From Nemertoderma westbladi (lineage: Eukaryota > Animalia > Xenacoelomorpha): 64,000 nt of DNA. The translations under genes were made by a program, and so were the position numbers. The number at the start of each line of letters is the position of its first letter. Position 1 is the stretch's first letter. The stretch spans positions 1 through 64,000 of the forward strand of contig JAUCBJ010003340.1 in assembly GCA_032718475.1 (NCBI GenBank), read 5' to 3'. The notes below the pieces were generated by a model that was given only the letters and a program-made list of their open reading frames with translations, was not told the origin of the DNA and did no database searches. Shown here in pieces: positions 50,133-62,844 of this stretch.

Positions 50133-50299
50133 CTTATAATCTCTGGGTAATACTGAATTGATTAATTTTTTATTTAAGTTTTTATTATTTTATAATGTTT
50201 ACTCGAACGTTTACAATGTTAACTCTAGCTACTTTATCATCTTTACATACTATTTGATATTGGCTCTGAAGCTTCAGCGTGGATTGGGGCTCCCCTCTA

Positions 50300-50990
50300 C
50301 TGTGGCCCATAGTGGCCACTCCTTACTTACACAAAATTTTGCAGGATGCGCGCGCGCGCGGGGTTTTATGTGTGCGCGCGCGGTATTATCAATATATGTG
50401 TGCGCATGCGGTTATGTTATGCGAGCGTGCGGTATTTAATTTAATGTGTGAGCGCGCGCTATTTTATGCGTGTGCGTGCGGTATATAATGTGCGCGCGCA
50501 GTAACTGAAATATTAGCGCCATTTCGCCTCCCCAGTCTTAAGTCATTTAAACGGCGCCGGAGTGATCTGTAGCTTATATGGCGAACAATTTCGAAGTAGG
50601 TTAATCCGTCCATAAAATATTTCATTTTTTGGTTTAAATTAGCCATTTAATAACTATAGTATGCAACTAAATAGATTAGCAGCAATTAATTGTATACAAT
50701 ACAATTCAATACATTGAAGTACAGTACAATGACGAATTGACATGTCCTTATAGAGGCAATGACTAATATACACAAATTAACACGAGGATGGTTGTTGCTA
50801 AGTAACAAGTATTCAAGCACACATTAAATTTAATATTTTAAATTACAAACATTGAATACCGCACGCTCGCATAACATAATCGCACGCGCACACATATTGA
50901 AAATACCGCGCGCGCACACATAAAATCCTCCGCGCGCGCGCATCCTGCAAATATTTTGTGTAAGTAAGGAGTGGCCACTATAGGCCACCG
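50300..50990. mobile_element. MITE with ~130-bp CG-rich TIRs and TA TSD
   Basis: TA-CTGTGGCCCATAGTGGCCACTCCTTACTTACAC...GTGTAAGTAAGGAGTGGCCACTATAGGCCACCG-TA. Confidence 0.85.
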
Positions 50991-52049
50991 TACCCTTCAG
51001 ACTTTAATGCTTTCTATTATTTTTAAGCGTCCACAAAATAGGTCTGAGTCCACAAAATAGGTCTGAGACGTAAAATTATTTTGACGCGTCCCCTTGACGC
51101 GTTGGTTGGGGCTGTTCTCATAGCAACCACTGCAACCTATAGTATGTATAATCTTTACGCGTGGCGCTTTCGCATGACGCGTGGCGACGCGTCCGCGTTG
51201 GTTAGGGCTCCCTCCCCCTTTAGAATCCGGTCAGCTAGCCGCTGCGAAAATTTTATCAAATTGTTAGGGCCGTTTTTGCTCTGGGTCAGTAGCAAGGCGT
51301 ACTATATACGTAAATCGTACGATTATACTACTGTATAATGCGTATATACTGTAGTACGCCTTGGTCAGTAGTCGGTAGTAGGTAGTGGTCGGTAACTATT
51401 TTTTCTTACAGTAACCAAGTCAACGACTATTTTTTACTTGCTATTCAGTTCTCAAAAAACCGATTTTAAGGAATACTGCATTTCGTCAAAATTATCATTT
51501 TATGGGTGAAAAATTGTTTCTGTGATTATGCGCTAATTATAGACCTACAGTAACAATCCAAATGCAATTGGTGTAACGCAAGGCTTTTACTGTACTAAAG
51601 CTGCCAACTAAGGTGTTCACACAATCGCACCTTTCCTTAGTGTTAAAATTTGGAAACACAAAGTAGGCGTAACACTTAATTACTGTAACATCATAACGAA
51701 TAATTTATAAGGCCTCGTAAATTACATTTTGTCAATGTTTGCCATATTTAATATTTAAATCAAACATTCGCAATGTCACGTGATTATTTTTTAAGGCAGT
51801 TATTCTTCGGTATCAATTTTTTTATATTTTTTACCCATTTTATTTAATCATTTTACCAATATTTTTTCAAATTATTTTTTTTACCCGTTTTATTGTTCTT
51901 TTTTACCCAAAAATATTATGAAATCCAGATTGTCAGAATTTCCACCGGCAGCGGCAGACTGGTTGAGAAAACCTGAGTTTAACATAAGCGAGAGAAAACA
52001 CTTAGAATTGTTGACAACTTCAGTACATTTCACTGCAAATTTAAAATTT

Positions 52050-52355
52050 GCAGTCACTTTACAAATAGGAGGAAAGGAGCAGGTTACAGAGGCCAGTTTT
52101 TCTAACCAAAACAATAAAACGATCACGTTACAAATTGAGGGAAAGGAGCAGGTTACAGATGCGAGTTTATCTAAACAAAACAATAAACGATCACTTTAGA
52201 AATTGAGGGAATGGAGCAGGTTACAGAAGCGAGTTTTTCTATCCAAAACAATAAACGATCATTTAACTAATTGAGGGAAAGGGGCAGGTTACAGAGGCGA
52301 GTTTTTCTATCCAAAACAATAAACGATCACTTTACCAATTGATGGAAAGGAGCAC
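52050..52355. repeat. Second array of the ~62-bp minisatellite (about 5 units)
   Basis: Same unit as 48160-48990. Confidence 0.88.
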
Positions 52356-52698
52356 TTTACATGCACATTTATTTAAATTTTATACTCTAGGCCTCTGAAA
52401 TAATGTTTGAGGCTAGGTCTAAAGTACTGCACCGGTACTGACCAATAAGTAATAAGTACAGTATTTATTGGCAACTGGGTAGAGTGAACTGTAGTAATAT
52501 TTTTGAGGTTAGGTTTAAATTACGGTACCGGAACCGGTACTTAACTAGAGCAGTACTACTGTATATGGTAGCATAAACGGCAGTACGGTAACTGGTTAAA
52601 AAATAGGTGAAATTATATAAAAAAATGGGTAAAAAAAATTGGGTAAAATTATTAATTAGATGGGTAAGAAAAAATAATCACGATTTTATAATTCACAG

Positions 52699-52769
52699 GC
52701 GATAAAATCATCGACTTCGGGGAATTTCGAACACTGGTACACGAGCTCGCAAAGGATCTGGAGATGTGA
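52699..52769 (+). CDS. Two-EF-hand protein, exon 3 (terminal)
   Basis: TTCACAG| acceptor. The phase-1 join completes EF loop DKNGDKIIDFGE, followed by FRTLVHELAKDLEM*. Confidence 0.85.
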
Positions 52770-55174
52770 GACTCAGGCTTATTAATTAATTCAAAATTAA
52801 TTAATTAGGTGCCCAATGATTGTCAGCCTTGAAGAAGAGATTCAGTGATGGTGAACCATTTTTATTGTTCAGTTGATGTTGTCCTTTTGTAATTATCTAT
52901 GTCTATCGATGTCCGCATTTACTGTACATGTAGAGATACTAGAACTGCATTTTTATATGCTTATTAAAAGTAGCTTAGATTATATTTATGGTATTTATAC
53001 ATTTCAGTGTATGTTCTACAGTATAGTTTTCGCTCACTACGTTGCACGACACAGTGTGTTTTCCTAATTGCATCATAATGACTTTAATTAATGTCAGATG
53101 TACTGTAACTGTAAATAAAAGGTGGTAGGCCCTCATATGGAGTGTAGTACTGTATTAACTATATACGTCATTGTTCATAAAATAGCACTTCATTACGGCA
53201 CGAGTGATTTTGATAACAAAACGAGGGCCGCAAAAGCATTAAAGTGCTAATTACAGTATGAACAATGGCGAATCTAATTTTATTTATTTGTGGGGAATTA
53301 TTTGTAGTTATGCATTTAAACTTTCTAGAACAACCTAATAATGACACGGTGACATACTGGAGGGATATACTGGAAATACATACAGTAAATGTATGGGGCG
53401 TAAGGACATACTGAGAAATAATGTCACACTGAGATATAAAGTTGGAAAACATGTCGTCCTGGCGATTCGATAGTGCGAAATTAATTCCATACAATTAAAT
53501 AAAGTGTACCGGTATATACTGTATACGGTGGTAGGCCCTCAATATGGAGTGTAGTAACGTATCTATTATACGTACTGTATGTCGCAATGGTGTTCATGTT
53601 AACTGATAATAATTATAGATATAATAATGTATACTGTATAATGTACTGTGCACTGTATGTTCAGGTACAGAATGTAGGCCTATTAGTCCGTGATAGCCTA
53701 ACATGTAAATAAGTGTTTCTAGACCTACTGTATGACCCCCCCCCCCCCCGCACTACTGTATGTACAAGTGGACTTTTACGCTGTAGAATAATAAATGCAT
53801 AAATTTATGTACTGTGACGGTGTAATTGTGTAATTTTAAATGTAAAATTAAATTTTGACACCTCCGTCGCGACACTGCTACGGAGTTCATGTTAACCCAA
53901 AACTAAAGAATCGAATGCCTTCACAGCTGAACCGAATCCGACTCTGTATATTTCTTCGGCCAACTCTATACGGTTGATGCTGCCATTTAAGTTGTGGAGT
54001 ATTCTGTACTATGTATTGCCTTGTGTCACATTTAAATCACAGAGAGGTAACGAGTATGATACCTATTCAAAAAGTCGTCACTCTTGCCATAATTTGATTT
54101 TGTAAAAATGTATGGGTAATCCGCATTTAAAATAAAATCCCTACCGGTAATTAATATGCTAATTTTTGAGCTAAGGGCCTAGAAGTATTGGGTGGGTCTA
54201 TATTTTTACGATTACGGTAACAATGGAACAAACAATGTATAAATAAACCAATCGTGCTATTACTGTATAAAATGTTATTACATACAGTACTTTATATGTA
54301 CATAGTTATATGATGGACGGCGAGTTGCTGTTCTGTTTCACCAAGACCGTGATATGTCGGGTTCTAAATTACACAAACATCCGACAGTTTTTTTTTTACT
54401 TAAAGTTTTCTTTATACTTATATTGACAAACTCTCCCCATTATTGGGAATATTATTTGAAATTTATTGTATGCCTTGCCTACAGTAGGTTCTAGCAGATT
54501 TGATGTGCTCCCTAATGGATGTTTAGTATTCCACACTAACAATAATTAGAAAAGTAAGAAAAAATATCCTGCAGTTTACCTAAAAGATTTGTTGAAAACT
54601 TAATGATATATGTATATACGGCGAATAAAAAAAGTACCATTTCACGTCTATCCCAACATAAAAAAAATTGTGTGCTATGTTTTGCAGATTATAAATGGAA
54701 TAAATTGTATCAGATTACTATTAAAGAATTCCATGCTCATTATTACAGTTATTCATAATTTCAGAAGGCTCTTATACTGTACCTATTACAGTAGATTTGA
54801 GATATCAATGCGACAGTGACTAGCAGTTGGCCTACATTAGCTGTAGGCATTACAAACAGTAATTACAGAGAGAGGGAGACACTGGGAAGGGGGCTTGTTA
54901 AATAGAGTCTTAATTTAAAGTAGCACACACGCACACAATCCTTTAAATAAAATTAATTATTTACATTATAACGAAACTTCTCATGAGAGCTGCAGGGCAA
55001 TGTAACACTTTATACACAAAGAACTAAAGAACACATTCGTATTCTTGCGTTGTAAGCCTATGTATAGTATATATTGGCATTGTTGGTGTTTAGAAATGTT
55101 TACAAATTGATTTATTTTGATATAGAGGCTTTTTGGTATTAGTGAGTAACCTGTTTACTGTACTTATAAGTTAT

Positions 55175-55812
55175 GATGTAATATAAATGGTTTTGTTCAG
55201 AAGTTGAAAAAAATGAGAAAGCGCGTCACCGGGGGGGTTGAAACAGCGCTATACAGTACGTACGTTTCGACCTAACAGGCCTCATCTGTAGCGCTAACCA
55301 GCTCAGCCACTAGCCCCTGACACTCAAACTCCCAACTAATCCACTTCTATTGAACAGGCAGTCTTACGTTGTATTATCTCTAACAGCGGACCTAATGGCC
55401 TCAAGTATGCTAGAGTGAAACAGGAGGGAAGTACAAATAAATAAATATTCAGCTCGAGTATTGCTGCCAGGTGATATTAATTAAATACATTGGAGATGAG
55501 CTGTTGCAACTGTAATTAATTATGTAATGTAAATGGTTTTGTTCAGAAGTGGAAAAAATGAAAAAGCGCGTCACCGGTGGGGGGGGGGGGGGGGGGGGTG
55601 AACTGCCCGTTCAATAGAAGTGGATTAGGTGGGAGTGAGTGTCAGGGGCTAGTGGCTGAGCTGGTTAGCTTAGTGTTAGGCCGAAACGTACGTATAGCGC
55701 TGGTTCAACCCCCGGTGACGCGCTTTCTCATTTTCTTCTCATTCACTTCTGAACAAAACCATAATATTACATCATTAATTACAGTTGCAACAGCTCATCT
55801 CCAATTTAATTA
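55175..55812. mobile_element. Retrozyme/Penelope-type non-autonomous insertion (family 2): partial tandem of a ~346-bp unit plus an inverted copy
   Basis: 13-bp TSD ACTTATAAGTTAT at 55162-55174 and 55813-55825. Repeat offset 55185 to 55531; inverted copy at 55601-55812. Confidence 0.8.
55245..55295 (-). ncRNA. Minimal type I hammerhead ribozyme (core U4>A variant)
   Basis: Minus strand AGCGCTA CAGATGA GGCCT GTT AGGTC GAAA CGTACGTACTG TA TAGCGCT. The second copy keeps AGGCC GAAA CGTACG TA TAGCGCT (~55678-55701) but lacks the 5' core. Confidence 0.72.
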
Positions 55813-56519
55813 ACTTATAAGTTATAACTCACAGCGTGACGTGCTTTAATACTGTAGACCTACTATAAATGTTATATATTGTGTGATTGTTATACATGTG
55901 GATACATTTATTGATGCCATTAAATATAATACAGATCCGGTATATAATGTAATTTACTTTATTTCAAATCAAACTTTAAAACCCGCCATGTAATGAGAGC
56001 ATACATTATTTCCCGCCGTGATACAAAGGTCCTACTTTACATCCCACAGGGATATACAGTAGAGATCAATCTTATAACATGCAACTTTCTTTATAATTCG
56101 GTAATAATTGACAATTTTAGGAATGTAGAGTATACTGCATCAGCAGGCCTATAACAAATATAAAAATATCATGGAATGTTCGGTTGCCATTCTTGGAAAT
56201 GAAGGCAAATATTTGTTTTCATTCCTTGTGGGGCTCTGTTACTTAGATGATGGTATTAATACCATAAGGGACTCCATGTGGTAACATCGGTTTTTATCAA
56301 CAAGAGCTGTTCTCGCTAGAAAATACCACTTTTCAAAATTGTGAATTAATTACATTTTTTAAGTTTGAATTACCCTCCAATGCTCCAAATACCAAAATCG
56401 GTTAAAACTTATACAATTTCTGTCCCATGAATAAAATAGGATCTTTATAATGTAGCTATTTCGACCCGAAAATAATTACAAAACTCAAATTTATAGAGTC
56501 ACATGTTTCTGCTAAGGAT

Positions 56520-57250
56520 ATAGGAGCAGGAGGGGCCGTTGCGTGTTCAGTTCCGTCGCAGCTACTGTACCTCCTCCCCCAGTTGGCTTTATTCCGCCAG
56601 ATACTTCTCGCACCTTCAGGGAGGTAGTAACCTCTAGACGTTTGTCACCGAGATTTGCTCGGAACTCAGGGCCTCCCTATAGCACCTCCATTTCTCAATT
56701 GCGGTTCCCTACCACTCCGGCAGTGGTTGGCGTTAATAGCTCCGAGTCTGCCGGTAGACAGCCTGGAGCTGAGCCTGGGAGTCAGCCAGGGAGTGCTAAG
56801 CGACCTCGTTTTTCGCCATCGATCCCGGCTACAGAAACAGGAACTGTTAATTCGCGGTCGGTCGCGTACCGATTCTGAGGGCTACCAGTTCCCGAAATAC
56901 CGAAGGTCTCGTCCTGAGTACATCGTAGGCTTAGGAAGAAAGTGTCTGGTAAAACATTTAAGTCGAAAGTTGCTCCTGCTGAGATTTTTTTGTTTAGAAT
57001 GGATAATGAGACAACACCACAGGACATTGTAGACGACTTGGGAGCCAGCAATATCAAGATTCGCTTAGCTTTGTTTCGAGGATCTCTAATAAAGAGTCTA
57101 GGAGTGCTAGTTTTAAGGTTGGAATTCCCAGTAACCTCCTTGAAATGGCGCTTGATCCCTTGGTATGGCCCCCGGGGGCTTGTGTTCGTAAATGGATATA
57201 TTATGCTAGGAGCGGAGGGGATGGCAGGGGCCGGAGGGCTTAAGCAATAG
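56520..57250 (+). mobile_element. Probable LINE ORF1 remnant
   Basis: GC-rich island. A low-complexity region is followed by EIFLFRMDNETTPQDIVDDL, which resembles the RRM-like ORF1 segment of CR1/L2-group elements. Confidence 0.4.
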
Positions 57251-57282
57251 CTACGTGTATACTGTATATATATATGTATCTC

Positions 57283-57630
57283 ACATGCAGCCATAATGCC
57301 GGTTTTACCCGATTGGGTAAAGTCTTATGGCTGCATCATATATAAGACAATGGCCTTATGGTCACAAAAATGGCCTTATGGTCACATGCAGCCATAAGAG
57401 ATGACCGGCCTTATGGCTTCATATTTCCCGATAGGGAATTGGAGGAACCATATATCTGGCACAATTGGCTATATAAATTATGTTATATTATATATTTAGC
57501 TGAAACTTTTATTTTTTTTAAATGACTTATGGCTGCATGGAAATAATTTACCCTGCAGCCATAAGGCCATTTGCGCCCACGCTTATGGCTGCAAATTAAA
57601 TGATAAAATAAAACATGCAGCCATAAGCAA
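57283..57630. repeat. Cluster of direct and inverted ATGCAGCCATAA motifs (MITE-like)
   Basis: TGCAGCCATAA/TTATGGCTGCA repeated many times; related motifs at ~62370-62635. Confidence 0.55.
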
Positions 57631-58579
57631 TCAGGTAATAGATGGACTTTATAGCTGGCTGTATGATTTATTTTATCTTTGTTCGTGTCTCTTAAGATTT
57701 TCATGAAAAATTTGACAAAATATTTCTACAATCATATTTCAAACAAATTGAAAGAGAATTGAAATTATGGGTTTCTATGCCAAATTTTTTTGCTTAAGAG
57801 GCTTAACCTTTTTAGACAAATAAATGTTAATGTTAAATTAATGACAATGTCATAGGTAGGTGAAAATGGCCTCACCACATATCTTTTATTTCTCGAGTTA
57901 TAATACTGTAGCTAGCTAGCTAGCTGTCTTTTCATGTCCATCATGTTGGTTTGTCCATCAAAATGTTAGACGGCATACCAACAATCTAAAATAGAACAAC
58001 GACGACGTTATTCTAAAATATTCGCCATTATTTGGGATTTCCTGGACGAAATTTTTTGTCTGTCTGAACATCAATACTGACATAACATACAAACAGTTTC
58101 ATTGCAGCCAATCAATAATGCTAACATCGGAAATGAAATCCGAGACCAGGTAAACCTCATAAGATTTTAACTATGTGGTACGATATAATATCTTTTAACA
58201 TACGGATTGACAGACAAACGGAAAGACAGACAGACAGTTGAGATGCCACCAAACATGAAAAATGATATCGAAAATAAGACAGACACCAAGAAAATGGAAT
58301 CAGGACAATTCAATCCCGGTCAATTCGGTCCCTTTAATTTAGTGTTTTGGGACCTAATTGACCGGATACTGACTTAGAAAATTCGGTCCCATAACATACA
58401 TATTTAATGGGACCGAATTTTCCAGGACCAAATTAAATTAAATTAAGCTATTGATTTAATACGTTTTTATTCTTGAATTTATACATATTAATATTATGCT
58501 AAATAAGTATATAAATATTTGTAATTCAATTTTCATATTAAATTGTTTTTGGTCCGAATTATATTTCTATCAAGATACG

Positions 58580-58765
58580 GACTATTCGGTACCGGACAAT
58601 TCGGTCCCAGACAATTCGGTCCCAGAAAATTCGGTCCTAGGAGAATTCGTTCCCGGACAATTCGGTACCGGACAATTCGGTCCCAGACAATTCGGTCCCA
58701 GAAAATTCGGTCCTAGGACAATTCGGTCCCGAACAATTCGGTACCGGACAATTCGGTCCCAGAAA
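58580..58765. repeat. 15-bp tandem repeat (GGACAATTCGGTCCC)
   Basis: About 12 units; scattered direct and inverted copies at 58300-58560. Confidence 0.9.
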
Positions 58766-58859
58766 ACTTGCTTTGTAGGGTGATATATGATATTTTGACA
58801 GTCAAACAGTCAAGGTGACATAAAACATGAGAATTGATATTGGAATGAAATCAGAGAAC

Positions 58860-61050
58860 AATAAAAAGCACGTATCGAATTTTTTTGTTTTGCGGTGTGT
58901 TAAAATATATTTTGACTGACATATTGACAGATAAACGGACAGACGTACAAACTGTAAAATTGTTGCCAAACATTGAAACTGATACCGCAAATGAATTCAG
59001 AGTCCAAAAACAGACATTCCCAAGATTTAAGCTTTATAGGGTGTCATATTGTATTTTGACAGACAGATTGACAGACAAACGGACAGACTTACAAACTGTA
59101 AAATTGCTGCCAAACATTGAAACTGATACCGTAAATGAAGTCAGAGTCCAAGAAAACTGACATTCACAGGATTTTAGAATTTGCAGGGTGTCATATTGTA
59201 TTTTGACAGACAGATCGACTGATAAACGGACAGACAAACAAACTGTTCAATTGCTGCCAAACATGAAATCTGATACACTAAATGAAGTCAGAGTCCAAGA
59301 AAACAGACATTCCCGGGATGTTAGCTTTGTATGGTGTCATATTGTATTTTGACAGACAGATTGACAGACAAACGGACAGACTTACAAACTGTAAAATTGC
59401 TGCCAAACATGGAAACTGATACCGTAAATGAAGTCAGAGTCCAAGAAAACAGACATTCACAGGATTTTAGAATTTGCAGGGTGTCATATTGTATTTTGAT
59501 AGACAGATCGACTGATAAACGGACAGACAAACAAACTGTTCAATTGCTGCCAAACATGAAATCTGATACACTAAATGAAGTCAGAGTCCAAGAAAACAGA
59601 CATTCCCGGGATGTTAGCTTGTATGGTGTCATATTGTATTTTGACAGACAGATTGACTGACAAACGGACAGACATACAAACTGTACAATACTGCCAAACA
59701 TGACAACTGATACAGTAAATGAATTCAGAGTCCAAGAAAACAGACATTCCCGATATTTTAGCTTTGTATGGTGTGATATTGTATTTTGACAGACAGATTG
59801 ACTGACAAACGGACAGACATAATAAACTGTTCAATTGCTGCCAAACATGAAAACTGATACAGTAAATGAAGTCAGAGTCCAAAAAAACAGACATTCCCGG
59901 GATTTTAGCTTTGTATGGTGTCATATTGTATTTTGACAGACACATCGACTGACAAACGGACAGACATACAAACTGTTCAATTGCTGCCAAACATGAAAAC
60001 TGATACAGTAAATGAAGTCAGAGTCCAAGAAAACATAAATTCTCAGGATTTTAGCATTTGTAGGGTTTCGTATTGTATTTTGACAGACAGATTGACTGAC
60101 AAACGGACAGACATACAAACTGTAAAAATGCTGCAAAACATGAAACTGATACCGTACATGAAGTCAGGGTCCAAGAAAACAGACATTCCCGGGATTTTAG
60201 CTTTGTATGGTGTCATATTGTATTTTGACAGACAGATCGACTGACAAACGGACAGACATACAAACTGTACAAATGCTGCCAAACATGAAAACTGATACGG
60301 TAAATGAAGTCAGAGTCCAAGAAAACAGACATTCCCAGGATTTTAGCTTTGTAGGGTGTCATATTGTATTTTGACGGACAGATCGACTGACAAACGGACA
60401 GACGTATACAAACTGTACAATTGCTGCCAAACTTGAAAACTGATACCGTACATGAAGTCGGAGTCTAAGAAAACAGACATTCCCAAGATTTAAGCTTTAT
60501 AGGGTGTCATATTGTATTTTGACAGACAGATCGACTGACAAACGGACAGACATACAAACTGTACAAATGCTGCCAAACATGAAAACTGATACGGTAAATG
60601 AAGTCAGAGTGCAAGAAAACAGACATTCCCAGGATTTTAGCTTTGTAGGGTGTCATATTGTATTTTGACGGACAGATCGACTGACAAACGGACAGACGTA
60701 TACAAACTGTACAAATTCTGCCAAACTTGAAAACTGATACCGTACATGAAGTCGGAATTTAAGAAAACAGACATTCCCAAGATTTAAGCTTTATAGGGTG
60801 TCATATTGTATTTTGACAGACAGATCGACTGACAAACGGACAGACATACAAACTTTACAAATGCTGCCAAACATCAAAACTGATACCGTAAATGAAGTCT
60901 GAGTCCAAGAAAACAGACATTACCGTGATTTTAGCTTTGTAGGGTGTCATATTGTTTTTCGACAAACGAACAGACATACAAACTGTACAAATGCCGCCAA
61001 ACTTGAAAACTGATATGGGAAATGACATCAGTGATGAAAATCTACATATG
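58860..61050. repeat. 147-bp satellite array
   Basis: GGGTGTCATATTGTATTTTGACAGACAGA recurs at 59039, 59186 and onward (147-bp period). Confidence 0.95.
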
Positions 61051-61209
61051 GAAAATTTTAGCTGTCTGGTCTAATATATTGTATATGGATATGAGCCCCA
61101 GCAAATGTCGGTACACATATAGATTAATTGCTACAAGCAGATAATAATTGATGAAACTTTTATACCCAATATTTCTTCTACCTTTCTATTGGTATCAACA
61201 AACATCTAT

Positions 61210-61720
61210 AACTACTACTACTACTATCGGCATGTTGCATTGCGGCTGCATTAATTATATCAAATATATTAAGAAAGATGTGAGTGCCGGCTTGTCGATA
61301 AAATTGCTCCACCTCAACTCCCTATCACCCATGACATTTGCTAGATCATCCGCATCTTCAAGTCCAGTGTTCTTTAAAATGCGTCTCAAGAAAGTCATGG
61401 GCTTACCACCATACATAGTCGTTCCATGAGGCCGCCAAAGCACAAGATTATGCACAGGCTGGTCCACACTGTGAAAGCAATGTCCTACAAGGCGGTGGCA
61501 GCTCAGTTCAAGCAAAAGCTTTCGGAGACTAATGAAACACTTCCGATGTTGTTCACAGTCTGGTTATGGAGATGTGTTCGTTCTTCTTGACACAATGACC
61601 CCGGCGTAGCATTATTGTGAATGTGCCATCCAGAGGTTTTGTATACTCTGCAGTCAGTCAGAGACCAGCATGGACTCCCATCTAAGAAGGCTGTCTCTAC
61701 TGCTGCCCTAAATAAACTCT
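61210..61720 (-). mobile_element. RTE-type LINE 3' fragment within the block interrupting the satellite
   Basis: HRLVGHCFHSVDQPVHNLVLWRPHG and a (TAG)n tail. Confidence 0.75.
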
Positions 61721-62844
61721 AAAAGGTTCACGTGTGATATCAACAATTGGTACATTTGCAACAATATTATGCGAACTTTTCAGAGTTCTGGTGTTTTACT
61801 CTTAACGCAGTAAAGTACCGTATTGCAGCGTTGCGGCCTATAGGACGAACGTACTTATACTTCTATAACTAACTATCACTAACTTAGTAATAATAATCTC
61901 TTAAACACGTCTGTATTCTTCTGCATAGCTTCATAGCAACTATTATATGCTAATTTTATAATTGTTTACCGTAACTTTGTTGTAATAACTGCAATTAATT
62001 AGTGATACAAATTAAATTGGATATGAATTACATCAATATTCCTAATTATTCCAATATCAAGTAATGAAAACTTTAAAAAAATCGGAATTACTCGAACTTT
62101 TCTGAGAATTATCTATTTAGATAAACCAGCCCCCACTACAATACAACTCTTTTCTGGAATACAGTTTTATATACAACGTGCAGACATAAGCACTGGAACT
62201 TTCAATACAGTTGCATGCATTATTATAAATAATATTAGGTTTATTTTAAGTCTTATTATACTGTTATACGGTTACATATCATATTTCAACCTTAATTCAA
62301 GTGTCTCAATCTATTTAGATAAACCAGCCATTACATGTAAACTCACGTCTGAGATAAAGTTTAAATAAAACATGCAGCCTTAAGCAATGGAACTCTCTTA
62401 TGGTTGCATGTTATATTATAATAATAATTATTATGTTTTTTTTATGTCATATTTTGGTCAATTAATAAATACAATATTATAAATGGTTAAATTAGTTAGT
62501 TAGTTGAATTATTTAAATGATTTAATCCCTTGAAAATATAAAAGAAATGAAAGTACAATAATTTGTAGTTACTAATTTTATCAAAGAGTCTGTTTAATTA
62601 ATAACTGCAATGAATTGGTTTTATGGCTGCATGTTTTATATAATCTATAGTTAATTTTGAGAAAGGACAGGCGCCGCATTTTTAGTTCTCACTAACCACA
62701 GGTTGTCTGGCTAGATAGCACAAACTTCACACTAAATATTAGTACAGAGAGACACAAGATCGACAAATGATGCGGTTGTAGTAGAAAGGGCACATGGCCC
62801 AAAGTTCAAAGCTTTAGAATACATCTCTGAAACTACCGGACTAA

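Noticed and set aside
58580-58765. 15-bp repeat as CRISPR array or coding pentapeptide repeat
   Set aside because: No spacers; scattered inverted copies nearby point to a transposon subterminal repeat.
58885-60282. Repetitive ORFs (49-aa unit VSYCILTDRLTDKRTD...)
   Set aside because: A by-product of a monomer length divisible by 3. Frames break at indels and stops, and ORFs appear on both strands.
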